64,000 nucleotides of DNA from positions 27,902,001-27,966,000 of the forward strand of contig OZ249436.1 of NCBI GenBank assembly GCA_965235115.1, read 5' to 3'. Source of the stretch: Laetmonice hystrix (lineage: Eukaryota). Position numbers and translations under genes: made by a program. Under the pieces are notes generated by a model. That model was not told the DNA's origin. It searched no databases and saw nothing but the letters and a program-made list of their open reading frames with translations. This document shows positions 37,160 through 50,758 of this stretch, in pieces (the first letter of the stretch is position 1; every line of letters starts with the position of its first letter).

Positions 37160-37686
37160 ATCCCTTGGATGACCGGACGTGCAAACATTAGGATCTTCAA
37201 GTATGTCGTCAGCCGTTCCGTCGGTGGTCGGCTCGGCCCAGCCGTCCGTCTCAATCCTGCCATGATTAGAACCCACAAGTAGCCACAAGACTTTATGGTT
37301 CATGGAGCGGTCGCTATGTCCATACACAAGACCCCCCATTTATAACTAACGCTTGTATCAGGTGGCTCCAGCACGAGCAACCCTGCTCTGGCATCCGACA
37401 AATTGCCGTCCGACCAGATTGAGGCCCTTCCAACCTGTCAGAGTGACGTAGTGGGTACTACATCGTGTTCACGCGGAGTGAATATTCCGTCTACAAGGCG
37501 TTCAATCCAGACAAGGTGCAATCCTTTGGCAATGTGACCGCGGGCAAATATACAGTTATCCATGAGTCCAAGTTGTCTTTGGAAACATTCAAATACGCTG
37601 TATATAGAATCCGGAAGATTAAGAGCCTACAGCCAGGAGCCTCTATCATGAAAAAAACTACTGAAAGACTAATATTTTCGTACCTG
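37160..37686 (+). mobile_element. Decayed CR1/L2-group LINE ORF2 fragment (linker to start of RT)
   Basis: Motifs in order: PWMT (37163-37174), SNPA.W, EYSVYKAFNPDKVQSFGNV (cf. EV.KAL..LNP.KA.GPD.I), FKYAVYRIRK (cf. WK.A.V.PIPK), KTTERLIFSYL (cf. KV.E..V..YL). Confidence 0.5.
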
Positions 37687-40600
37687 TCACGCCCTAATAC
37701 AGGGTTAAGCCCATACCCCATTTCGTGGGGGATCAGTGATGTCCAGGTCTATACCCACGGCAGGTGAATCCTCAAAGGATCATCACGGACGGGCCGGGTG
37801 CCTTGCCAGGGAGACCCTCCCCGGGGCAGAGTGTTACTAACCCCCCCCACCAACTACCTCTTCTCGGCCCACTGGCTGGTGGTGATCGTTAACGCTAAGA
37901 TCAAGGGGATCGCCTTCGTCCCGAACACTTGAAAAAACAATCGGTGTTTACTTTGCTTGACCTGGGCGGTTTACATTTGGCACCACGCCTTTGTGCGAGG
38001 CCGCCCGCATTATGCAATGAGGAACTTGCGATGGCAGTATAGGTTGCAGGGTAAACGGATTGTTAGGATCTATGAGGATAAAATTATCTTATGTGTATGG
38101 CAAAGAGGGAACGAAATTACGTGAACTCGGCGACTATGCCCCGATTATATCTTTACATCTACATACATGTATCTTAGAGGATTGTCCCTTCTGTATTCAG
38201 ATAACGGGACCAACTGTCGGTCATAATGCGGTATTGATGAAAAATATTGCTGAAACCCGGAAAATTTGATATTTAGGCTATAAATAATAAACAATGCAGT
38301 GAAATGTAAGATGGGGCAAAAAATGCTAAACACCTGTTGTCATTCACGGGATTCTTAATCAGCCCTCACTCTATGAACCTCAGCGCAATGAGACTACTTT
38401 TTTAACATTTAGACGCTGAAATTTAGACGCGTTGAAACGCCAGTCGATGAAATGCCACTCAGCCCGACTATATCTTCGACAATGCTCTATGTCATCAAAC
38501 TAATGTGTCTAGACGCCATCTGCAATCGCATCTGCAATTCAAATCGACGTAACCTTATGTGAACATACGATTGTTACTTTACTTCTGTGGTATAATGTTT
38601 TGATATTTGCTGCTCCTCAGGCAATGTGATCTTGTCAAATGGATGTCAAAATATCCCTAGATCATGCAGCGACCCCTATAGGTAGACGTCAGAGCCAGCA
38701 TGACCGGTACATCCAGTTGGGGTTACATTACGGAGGAATCGTATAATTAGTATTGAATGGTGCCCGGAATAATTACCAGTCCTTGTTTTCTGTCATTATG
38801 TTCATCCCCAGAGGTTGTTTGCTTGTCAGCTGGTAACAATGGCCTCGAGCCAGGCATCTGACAGAACTGACACATGACACTTTTTAAATAATTTCCTACA
38901 AGCAATCACAGCGAGAGGTGATCTGTTCGCAGTGGTCAGTGCGCTTGTATGAAGGGGCACTTCATTCCGGCGTACATTTTGTTTTCTAATGTTCAAATGT
39001 CACGTTCTATCGGATCGTATATCGATTTTTTTAGGTCTTTACTTAAAGGACACTTCTTGGTACAGACAATAATCGAATCTGGTGTGAAGAACTTGTGAGA
39101 CATCTCGATATCCCCATTAGAAACACAGCGAGCTATATTTTAACGGCTCTTAGCACTTATGTGAATATACCATTCGTTTAGTTAATATTTTAAAGATCAG
39201 GATGAGGTCGTAGATGTTTGCAGACATTCGTTTAGGCCCTACATGGTATTACATTCCTCAAATAAACATTTCCTTTTGTTGCAAAGAATTGGTCCACATT
39301 GATGTTCTAATGCGACCTTGTCCTTTAAGGAAGGCACTAGCAGGGTCGGATCCAAGGGGACTGTGGGGTTGCAACCCCCCTTAGAAATAAAAAAAGGAAT
39401 ACAAAGTTGTCAAATGTCCATAGCCCAGGGGTTGTCAATATTTACAATGTGATCCACCCCTCGGTTTGAACTGATTGAATGACGTCTCATACACCGGTGA
39501 TCACAATTGCATGACGTCTCATACACCGGTGATCAGAAACAAACCAGAATACCCAACTATAACAACTCACAGTTTGTCCCAAGACGATGTAAGGCGAACC
39601 GCCGCTGTATAGGCCGCCTACATCTAATATATGAAATGAGTGAACGGCTGTTGGTATTTACAAGGATTTGGACGTGGTTTCCTTTGTTGGTGGTTGGGTG
39701 GCCATGTTCCGATCTCCGTGTTGGCCATTTGATTAGGCGGTGATTATCCTGACAACCAGCGATAATCACCGACCACCGAAAAAGGCAATCTCTCACCGCA
39801 AAGACCTGGCGTGAAATGTCATCAGTTGCCCGGAGCAGCCGAGTAGAATAATAATGCCCTAATGACGACCGCTGCCAAGCGACAGGGTGGAACTTCCGCG
39901 TGTACTTACCACCTAACGTAGGCAGGTGAGGGTCATTCCCCCCTAGGACAGGGGGTTAGGGAAGGTCTGCAGAAAACCCAATATAATACAGGCAAAACGG
40001 TTTAAAGTATTGCCTTGTTGCACGGGGATGGCTCTATGGCAGAAACATGCCAAAGACACACACAGTAGTGATTTCGAAAGACAGCCATCCTCATGTAAAC
40101 GCAATATTCCTCGGCGTTTCCGAAACCTGTGAGATATGCCCATATAGCAGCATCCGTGAACTATAGGCCTAAGATGGTCCAAAAACTGTACTCACGTTAT
40201 ATCTTTTTGATGATGACACGTGCAGGCTGTGTGATTTGTTATAATTAAAACTAGCGGTAGACAGAGACTAAGAAATCTCTGTATCCCTCAAAGCTACTTA
40301 CAAACCTAACCCATGCCTTCGAGGAAAGCGGCCTCCGATGGGCGATAATTGGAGCACCTGCACCTTCTAACCCCGCTTTGCCCGCCCGCGTATGTTATTA
40401 ACTGCCTGGCATTGGCAGGACATAATTGGCACTACTGACGCCTCCCAAAATGATAAATGTTTCCCTGTCCTAAAAGCTTGTGGAATCTCCTTTTCACTGC
40501 TGGCTACCAGCGTCATGTGTAATGTCATGGAAAGACTTACATTTATTGATATAGTATTTCATCAGGATATTACCTAGCTAGCATAGAGCGTTTAATAATC

Positions 40601-43600
40601 ATATCTGGAAGGTTTATCATAATGAAAATATGTTCTGTATAGTATGGTCCTATCATGATAAAGTAAGGATTTGTGTTGTCGCAATTTCTATCAGTTTAGA
40701 GTTAGAGTCTACCTGTGACAATCAATAAACAATACGTGTTTCATACAACGTAATAACATGCTTTATTTTAGTAGTAAATTATGTAGAATTATCTGAACAC
40801 ATTGAACTCAATACTCAATGTAGTATAGCGTCTCGAAGCCATGATCTGGGGGATGCTATGATCAGCAGCAGACAGTCAAGCGGAGAATTGAAATGTCGCC
40901 GGTTGACGTCTCCAGGTCGGCCTTATTTTATTCATCATGCCGGACGTGTCACTTTCTGAATGGAAGGAAGATTACAACAAAAGGCTGCCAAGTAGTGGTT
41001 TCTAAGTAATTCACTCACCAAGGTTTAATACTCGAGACACTGAATCCATTCCCTGGGCAGATATTTGATTTATAGCGAGTGACCAAGACGGCCTGTCAAG
41101 TTTCCCCCCGTTCACTTCCCATTTCATGACAATCCAAGTGACATTGTCAGACCTATATATGGAAACCATTGGTTTAAATGAATGGAGATAATGATAAACT
41201 GGTTATAACACCGTAAGAACCCCTAGAGGGACGAAACTATCAGAGTGATATGGTCATCCCATAGTTATTGCGTGATGCACCCACCAACCAACACACCTCA
41301 ACACACAAGAAAAGAAGCATAATTTATGAAAACCACCAGCGGAAAGTCTGTCCTTCTTATCGTGCCTGACATCTTATCACGTTGACGTCGGTCCGTACCG
41401 GGTCAACCACAGTCAGCCCAGATGAATTGCTTGGATTATCGGAACGGGGCTATAATGGCTTCGTAGAATCCTGCCGCTTCAGAGACCAGAAATATATCGT
41501 ACACGCCGACTCTACAATCCATTCACGCGCCATATTATCCAGACTCATATATTTTGCCCCACATTTCGTATAGATATTTCACGTCACATTATGGGTGGGT
41601 ACCACTTGCCATCTAGTAAACTACTTATAATTAATGATACATATGATAACATCGAATATGGAGATTGTCCTTGTATGTTCATTCCTACATGATTTAAAGT
41701 ACTTTGCGTAAAAGCACAAACCAATTTGGAGTTAACAGTGCTGGTTGAAGTCTGGAGGCTGGGAAAAGATTTCCACAGCCAGACCGTTTGAATTCTGTAT
41801 TTTCTTGCAATTTTTCATATTTTCTGTCTTTGAAAATCCCTACCAAATATACACAGAAATGACGACAGATTATATTATTAAACAATTCAACAGTAAAATG
41901 ACACGCTTAATATAAAATTCGCCCAAATATTACAATCGGCACAGTTTTCAATCTCGAACCGGAAGTCGTCCCAATTACGTGCCGATATAACTTGATAGGT
42001 CAGGCAGACATTCAGGCCATTATAGAGAGAGACTAGCCGGTGTGGTAGACTCCAAGGTGGGTACATAGAAAGAACTGACGCAGAGGGATTTAATGGTTCT
42101 TGTAACTGCAATCACTCGCACCTGTTTCTTCACTCAGGACAGATATGGGTTCCGCCAAAAAAGGTCATACAGAGACTGTGGCGCCTGCAAGCCGGCGGCG
42201 CCTGCAACCGGCGCCTACTTTTATCTTACGTGCGGTTTTTTTAAAGTTTTTTTTTGGCAGTGGTGGCAAGAGGAACATAAATCTTTGTTCTTATACTTCA
42301 GAAACCAGTTGGAATCCCACAAATCTGGCATTTGTCCTATTGTTTTTGGCCTCATACATCGATCATTACGGTTACCTTGTCTAGGTTTGCTTGCTGTCAG
42401 TGTCCTTGTATTTCATGTCTGGTTGGAGAAATTCTCCTACTTCAGACATTAATGTCTGATATTGTGATTCTAACAACGGAAAGATTCCAGGAAACAGAAC
42501 TAAATAACGGCACATGTTGGTCATTGGTATGATGAGAATGGTCACGTTAGGGGCGGTGACGTTCCTGTTTAACATTACTGTAAGTTGAAGTAACCGAATT
42601 GAAGAAAGAATGACCCCTTACTTATTATTGCAATATGATTTCATTTTATGTCCCTATGGAACGCCTGACACCGACTAAGAAGACATTACAATTCCTCCAG
42701 AAACTGCTCTGGATCAGTCAATCTCCTTATTCGCTCGTCAAATAACAATCCCCACGCATGGTCCAGATGAAAGATCCACAAGATTTCAGACAGTCCGCCT
42801 TTTCACGTCCAAATCTTCATTCGAATTCCTCTTGTGGCTTGATATGACTTGCTGGCCGTTGGAGGACCCAGATAACCCTTATGGTATTGATTGTAGATAA
42901 ATGGGTGGTGCCAAGGTGAACCATTGGCCTTGATCTACCCATACGGACCTGGGTGCCCCCTGGCATGCAGCACGAGTGCTCCTACCGTGGAGCACACCTT
43001 CTCCTTCGTTCCGCATACCGAGCCCAAATCAGATCCATCCATCCGCCATGACCCCCGGCCTTGTTCATTATACAAAACGCATGTCACCCCGCGAGGGGCG
43101 AGTGCAATTTCAAATTCTGCCGAAGTGCGTGATTGACGTTATATATTATGTTACAGATGGAGATATAGTTAAGGACTGTGGTATGGTATTTACACAGTCC
43201 GTTACAAACTCAGGTATTTTAAGGACGCCCTTTGTAATGAGGTCGTTCTGTTTGCCAGTTCGTTCTAAATTTTATTTTATCCAAAGATAAATCTGCTATA
43301 TTTATTTTCCAGAATTAATTGGAAGAACCTCTCATTGTTTAATGTAGTTGGGCGTGTTTCTTCACCACTTTTCATGGATTTTCGTTGTGACATATTGGTA
43401 TTTGGGTGTGGCATGTGCGCTCTGCATGGTCGACAATACATTGAAGGCAATCCCAGAAACAACCTAGTCGAAATCATTATTTCAACGATAATTTTGCCGT
43501 TAATATACCAATATTTCATCAAACCTGCCTGCATTATACCTCAGTTAATATATTTCAATTATAAAATGAATGCAAAAGTAGGAATAAATTTGGATATTGT

Positions 43601-46134
43601 CTCTTGAAGTTGTCAAAGTGGTGTTATGTGCGCTGTGCAGGTTATGCCTACATGGACTGTCAGACATTATCAATATTGGTGTTCTCCGGGTTATAGCAAT
43701 TTTCTTTTCAGGTAAATATCACTGTAGACTGTATAGGTGGTATTAAGGCTCTAGAATGGAACGTGTCAGGAGACTGGCATCTTGCAACATTAGACAACAT
43801 ACCATCCTTGTTCGCATGCTGAGGTTTTGTCTGAACTTTTGAATATAATGAAACGTGACCTTTTTGACTATGTAAGTGTATCTCTCTCCAGGAGCAGAGT
43901 GTTGCTCCTGCTCGACACTGTTGACAGTGAATGTTTTAATAAAATCGGCTGCCAGGGGGCCTTGTACCTGTATAATTATGTGGTGCTAAGTTGCGCTGGC
44001 ATTTATGCCGCAACGCAAGCACAATGGCCAACATACATTATTCACGTTTAATCTGAGTGATGTGGATCAGGAAAGGGAAACCAAGAGTTTTTATGATGCA
44101 AGTCAGTCGCCTTTGAAATGTCTATACAATCTAAACGGTAGAGTTTCATAATTAATTCTTTTAATTACCACAGTCTCCTTATTTTAAATAAACATAACTA
44201 TTGTCTTATATATTTACATACGTATACAGTACACGATATACATAATATACACATGTTCACTTATAACCACTTATAACCTTATTTGTAGAGTCGAATCGAA
44301 GGCCTCAGATACAATCTTGTATGGAGGACAAACGCAAGTAAAACTGACTGTATGGGAACGATTCAGGGCCGGTTATCAAGACCACCCTCGTTTTCAAGAG
44401 ATAATGGTGAACCAAAGGATTTTTTACATAAAAGTAAACATGGTTGAAGCCTCCATGCAAATCGACAGAGTGTTTTAAGCGCTGGGATCTTTTCCATCGC
44501 ATTGCTCCCCATTCAAAGACCGAAGTATCTGTGTATTTAATACAAACGAGACAACACATGATTTCTTTTATCTGCACCTAATGACTTCGTCTAGGTGATG
44601 TATTTTACATCAATTCGCGTAATTCTAGCATTGGGATGTGTTCACAACCTGAATAATACAGTGACAAATGCCCTGCAATGCACGTTCCATGGGGCAAATA
44701 AAGCTTTGGGTGATGATTTGAACGGATTGAAATATCCTGCAGTCGGGAAAGGCTAAATCACAGACAATCACAAGCTATTGAAGAATGTAGCAGTCTCCAT
44801 GACTGTGTAGCCTTCTATTGGGGTCCACTTTGCGTGGTAACGATCTTGCTTGTATTTAAGACTTTGTGCCGTCTTTAATCACAACTAATTGACAGTCATT
44901 TTAATAACGTTCATTTTTATTGGTTCAATGACACAGAAATGAAGCGTCTATGGCGCTACGTTAATTTTGGTGAAACTGCTAATCGTTGTGCGTGCGGCAT
45001 ATAGTTCATAACTGAACTAAGTTATTGAAGCAAGTATGTTTTCACCACGCAAACGGTAACGCATATTTTATATTATCTCTAATTAAATTTGTTTCTACTC
45101 TTTCTACCAACCACGAAACTAAATGATGAATGACTTTTAATTTTCAAAAGCTTGATGCCCTTGTAAGGTTGCATGTTTAGCCTGGGTAGACATGGCAGTT
45201 GCATCTTAGAACGGCATTATGATACGTGTATGGAAGAACCGACAATATATAGTAGGAATAGCATGTGTCTCCGCCATCCACCCGTACACAGTCCTGACTT
45301 GTATAGTGCCAGCCATACAATTACCAACCGTCCTTATAGAACCAGCGCTGACTTGGTTTGATCGTCGTCTGACTGATAAGATACCTCCCAGACAGACCTT
45401 ACTTATCCCATCAAATTTCGTTCAATTTCCTGCAACCATTCTTGGATATCGAACGGGATTCTGGCTATGTAGTGCGAAGACAGCGAGAACTCTTCCCCGT
45501 ATATTTTCGGGTGGTTTCGAAAGAGACTGTAACATGGGGCTTATTTAGGATGTGTAGTAATGGCATTAACTGCCAACATGTAATTTTCTGACGTGTATTG
45601 TCTGGTTAAAATGGCATTTATTCTATATCATAAATACACCTATATCGATGTATCTGCTAGTGAGAGGGGGTGTTCCGCCCGATCGGCAATATTTCAGTCA
45701 TATTCCGGGTGATATTATACCATTTAATTCAGCCAAGGGACCTCTTGTACCACCCCCCCCCCCCCCAATCCTGTGAGGTGATGATGAGGATGAAAAGAAA
45801 CCTGCCTTCAGGAGGCAATCTCCTACTCTTTTCGAAAAATAGCACGGGTATTGGAGCGGGCCAGTGATAAAAATGGTACTTGAATGATCCGAATCCGCCT
45901 GCCATTCAGATCATTCTGCAATCCAACAAACGACTATTTCCCCACACCAGCCCTCGCCCCATTTGTCGCCCTTTACAGACAACAACTGTTGATCATTCTT
46001 ACCCCAGATCGTCAAGGGGTAAAGCTGACAAAATTAACACAGTTCTAAATACGTACAGCTACCAGAACTGCCGAACGCATACCTTTTGACTTCCCAGCTG
46101 ACGGCGATTTTACTACAAATAGATACATGGACCG

Positions 46135-46476
46135 TCCAAGTAGGTAAATCAATCCTTGCACCTGCCCTAGGCAGGGTTGTGCCCTTCTATTTTTAGTTGC
46201 ATCAGTCTCTCATTAGGGAACACCTGACCGTCAAAATAAAAAGGTATTGATTTACAGAGAACGATCTTGCAAGGACCATCCGAATTGTCCGTCTTCGATT
46301 GCGTTCAGTCAATCACGAGCTGGGTCAAGTGAATGGTCCCTTTTGATGGTTGAATCCCATCGGATCGTCCATGCGCTGGGGGCCTTAATGAGATATCTCT
46401 CTCTAAAGTCGAACTTGAGGTGGGCGGCTATACCAACAATGAAGGCCCTAAGATAGCTGGCGCCAAAGACGCCCGA
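46135..46476 (-). mobile_element. Decayed LINE reverse-transcriptase fragment
   Basis: Minus frames: SGV../ILGPSLL (cf. SGVPQGSILGP.LF), D*LNAI...WS...L*IN (cf. DL..I..WS...L.LN), LGQVQGLIYLLG (cf. L..V...KYLG). The catalytic YxDD was not recognisable. Confidence 0.4.
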
Positions 46477-48435
46477 GGGAGAGGCTGAACATGGATATAT
46501 TTTAAAAACAACATTTATCCTCAGAGTTAGAGTTTCCCCTCCCACCTCCTTCTGGCGTGGGCCAGTAATCAGTACTGTATAGGACCACCTGCCAGTTTCT
46601 TCCCCTGTTAGCGTGTCGGGCCCATCGCAGGAAGGGCCATAAAAATAGAACTCATCTATATCAAGGGGCTACTATTTTGTATGAATATAAAAACATTTTT
46701 ATCAGGAATTTGGTGCATGGACTGTCATTTTGGTTGTTGTTTTTTTTTTTGCTTTCTCTGCATTTCTCACGGGGTTTTGTTTGTATTGCGTGCCAGTTTG
46801 GATGTCCTTGGAATGACTGACTTATCACGTGTCGAGAGATGATATGACATCTGTCTGGTGGCGTCTAAACACGCACATGGCCCCTTTATATATTTAAATG
46901 TTCCTACCCCTTTTTATAGTTTATATTGGCATTAGAAAGGAAGGGGGAATGCATTCGACGCAATCTGATGATTTCACGTCATGTAGGCCTATAGTCAGTA
47001 CACGATCATAGTCCAGTAGAGCTGACACAAGAACCGTGAGTTGGAGAACTGCTTTGATTTTTCCCAGAAATTTTTCCTTTCACGAAACTGACGGGTGCCC
47101 ATGCAGCTGACATGGTTGAGCAATTTGTGCTATAACCGAATCAAGGTGCCATTAATAAATAATAATCACCTTCGAAAATATTTGTATTAGCTTTAATTAT
47201 AAAGTGTCCAGTCCACCATTTTGATGGTCAAATAGTAAGGTGAATGATTCTAGATGATAGCAGATGAAAAATGAATGATTTAGCGAGTCTCTGTTGAAAT
47301 TACCTGGTCCTCAGGTCTATATAAGTCTATTGACTACGTATGTAGCCTGGCGAAGGCTAATCGAAGAGAGCGCTTTGATTGGCCCATCGAAAACATGGAC
47401 ACAAACGTCGAAGGTAGTTCCGCACCCTCCGCATTTCTCCAAGATACAAATATTTTCGTCAATCCAAAATACAAGTGTTAAATGGCTAGGCTACGCCAGG
47501 CTACGGTATACATCACGCATGGCCATGTTGGCCACATTACAAGCAGAGATGGGTCACTCCGTTGATGCTGACCAACGCGACGGAAGCGGAAGTGCTTGGA
47601 GATTGAGCAACTTCCTTCCGCTTGTCGGTTTTCTGACAAGTGACATTACCCAGCACCCAGACGACAGGCACTTAGATTAATTAAAGTGGCAATTAACAGA
47701 GACAGCTCGTAAGATATGTCACAGCTGTTGCATTTCTTGGCTTATATATCAACAAATTTCTTCATCTCATACATGTATTAATATTAGTAAAGGAACTAAT
47801 TCCATATCATGTTCTAATTTGTGAGCGTGTGATTTGTCCAGTCTGTGTTCCCTGAATGCTAAATAAGATCCTTCATAAACAATTGCAGATATAAACTGGC
47901 TAATTCTTTCTGGTATTTGTCAAATGTATTATTTATACATATTTTTGATGATCAATCCTGATTTTTGGAAGATTATTTTATTCCTGCCAGCCGACGGCAC
48001 GATTATTTTGGCATCTAGTCATCGAAGAAAATACTTGTAGTTATCCAGCGCATAATACGGGGTTCTATGCATGAGCTGATATCACGATAAATTCAACTAT
48101 ATATGTATACTGCTCGCTGGAAATGAGCGTTTGGTAAATGTTTACTTAGTGCAAGCCGAACGCCATGAGCGCCGATTGGAAATTTCCTGTCCATGTATAA
48201 CGATATCACCCTGTTCCGGGCCTCAGATACGACGTGATTCAAGTTCAATCTTCCTCGGTTTATTTAAATGATTTAGGTGGACTTCACTCTGTGCCAGGAC
48301 CGAACCGATGGAAGTATTTTTAATATGATATAAAGAAGCTGTCTTTTAATCCTGTGAGGTTGGTAAAACAGTGATGGAATATTCTCTAGGCTTCTGTATA
48401 AACTGTATAGAGGCAATCCGTCGAGTGGTCCTACA

Positions 48436-48663
48436 GCCTTGTCCACTGAGCTTGCGGCCGTGCGATTTTCCTTGCGACGCCCATGCGATTTTGATATCAC
48501 CCTTTTATTTTACTATAATTTTGAGATTAAAGGATGGAACCCACTTTCTGAAACGGAGAAGACCAGCCAGGAAAGAGTTCAGAGTGAAATTCCACCATTA
48601 AATCAAAAATCGCATGACCGTCGCAAGGGGAATCGCACGGCCGCAAGCTCAGTGGACAAGGCC
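48436..48663. mobile_element. PIF/Harbinger-like MITE
   Basis: ~60-bp TIR GCCTTGTCCACTGAGCTTGCGGCCGTGCGATT... / ...AATCGCACGGCCGCAAGCTCAGTGGACAAGGC. Confidence 0.8.
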
Positions 48664-50307
48664 ATGTAGTCACACTCTAGTCTATCATATTCGGCCAGGT
48701 CCCCACCCCACTCCACCCCACCTCCGACCTCCTTCAAAATTGCCTGTGCGTCTATTTGTGGGGCATCTGCATCATGTTGGTGTCTGTTGGTGGAATAACT
48801 CTCTTCAGCTCTGGTGTGACCGCCAGTGTGGCATTAGTCGGGTAGCTTTACGTCTTTGTGACTATAGCGTAATTTTGGTCATCAAATATCATGCTATCAT
48901 GTTGTACTTGCGGATAGACCAGACAAATGAAGTAGGTTTATCGTATGTTTTCTCTTCTTCTACCTTTCTGTCTGCCTTTTTATTCTTTCTTTCTTCTTTC
49001 TTGTTTTACAGATTTTGAAGGCTCAGCCAGAGGCACTAGGATAATGACTTAGCGCAATAATGAGTACAGCAGCACAGTCTCCCTTGTAGCAGCCCTATAC
49101 GTCATTATCGCTTTTACCGGATATGACTACTTAACGGGGTTTACTGATTGATTTCTCGGTATAAGCTCAAAACACTACTGGAACTGACACTGTTGTTCCT
49201 CTGGCAATTTTATGGCCGAAGACTTCTCCAGATGGTTGGGACTTGTATTACAGTCATAGCCCGTGGAGGCATTCCTCCGCATAGCGCCGCGAATTTCATG
49301 CTGGCTCGCATCGCCACAGTCTGACCCGGAATTTCCGCTGCGCCGTTCAAAGGCCGTGCGCATCGCTGCTTTGTCATACTCTCGACGGAAATGAACCTCT
49401 GACCTTTGACCTTTCAAATTGGAAGGATGACGAGCAATTTGACGCCACTAGCGAGAGGAACAGCTTGCGCCCCACGTCGGCTTTATAAACGAGTGGGGTG
49501 CGAATATGTAAAAGGCGACGCAAAGTTCGTCGCGCGGTCGCGGTCGGCCTTGCACCTCGCCCGTCTCTGCTCAGTCGAAGCTATGATTATAAATTCGTTC
49601 ATACTCGACATCACCACATTAAATGGCAGCTTTCAACCCGCCTCGATTGCACCTATACACTGTCATATGACCTCAGACGAAATAACCAACCGTACATGGC
49701 GCGGTATAAACTAACCCGTTATGAGCTACGTCCCTGAGGGTTGGGGCATCTTAGCTCGCGACTCCCATCTCCATGCCTGCTTTGATGCAATAATCAGACA
49801 CCAATAGGTGCAATGTGCATCGCATCATGCTGACAGTTCGGTCAGCAATCACATCGACGCCTCCATTACAGCCCAGAAATATGTAATAACTCTAGAAACC
49901 TTTCCAGGCGCTTGCCTCAGAAAACGTTCCGATTTTATAGGTTCTAACACAACCTCCTGTCCCCGCGAATGATGTTCAATCAATGCAGACTCACTGCAAT
50001 TCTTGAGAGGAGGGTGGGTGGCGCATGATTCCGAGGGGACTTCCGAGGGACTGAAGACCACCCAGTGTCAGTGTCTGACTGGGCTGAAGCCGCACAATTG
50101 ATGGGGGGAGGCCGGCGACTCTTAGCGAAACGTTGGACAGCAATGCGTGCTGTCTGACAACCAAAAGTGGAATAAAAAAAAACAGGAAAAGGCTTAAAGC
50201 GACCGACTTTATGGAGAGCTCTTCTCATGGTGTCCTCTCACGTATAGAGAGCCTCTCCCGGTCAGCCAGGACACCACGGAGGTAGCGGGAGGTGTGGAGG
50301 ATAGATA

Positions 50308-50320
50308 TTCTTCTTCTTCT

Positions 50321-50353
<33 letters not shown>

Positions 50354-50366
50354 ATTTCTTCTTCTT
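50308..50366. repeat. (CTT)n microsatellite
   Basis: Direct reading. Confidence 0.93.
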
Positions 50367-50502
50367 ATATTTTATCGTGGAGGACCCAAAGAACCGACAC
50401 TGCTCGTAGGCATGGTCTTGGTAGATCCAGTTTTTCGTTATTACATAGAGTCAAACTGTGTATTTCCTAGGTATAAACCTTTATGTCATGTCATGTGACT
50501 AA

Positions 50503-50758
50503 AGATCCATACCATATTCTTTGCGAGAATCTAATATTTACCCACTAATTAAGGCAAGAACAAATAGATTTAATAATTCCTTTATTCCGTGGGCTTTACG
50601 CAATTATCAATGTGAACAATAACCGTTTTTTAATGTGTATATATTTTTTTCTTATGTATTATGTACTATGTATTAAGTTTTATGTACACATATGTATGTT
50701 ATCTTAATCCAACATTATGGTTGCTAATAAAAACTTATCTTATCTTTTTATCTTATCT
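50503..50758 (+). mobile_element. 5'-truncated CR1/L2-group LINE 3' end
   Basis: Intact 39-codon C-terminus RSIPYSLRESNIYPLIKARTNRFNNSFIPWALRNYQCEQ* (stop 50620-50622; YxLR...RTxRFxNSFIP motif). AT-rich 3' UTR, AATAAA and (CTTAT)n tail; CTAAA on both sides as a possible TSD. Confidence 0.75.
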
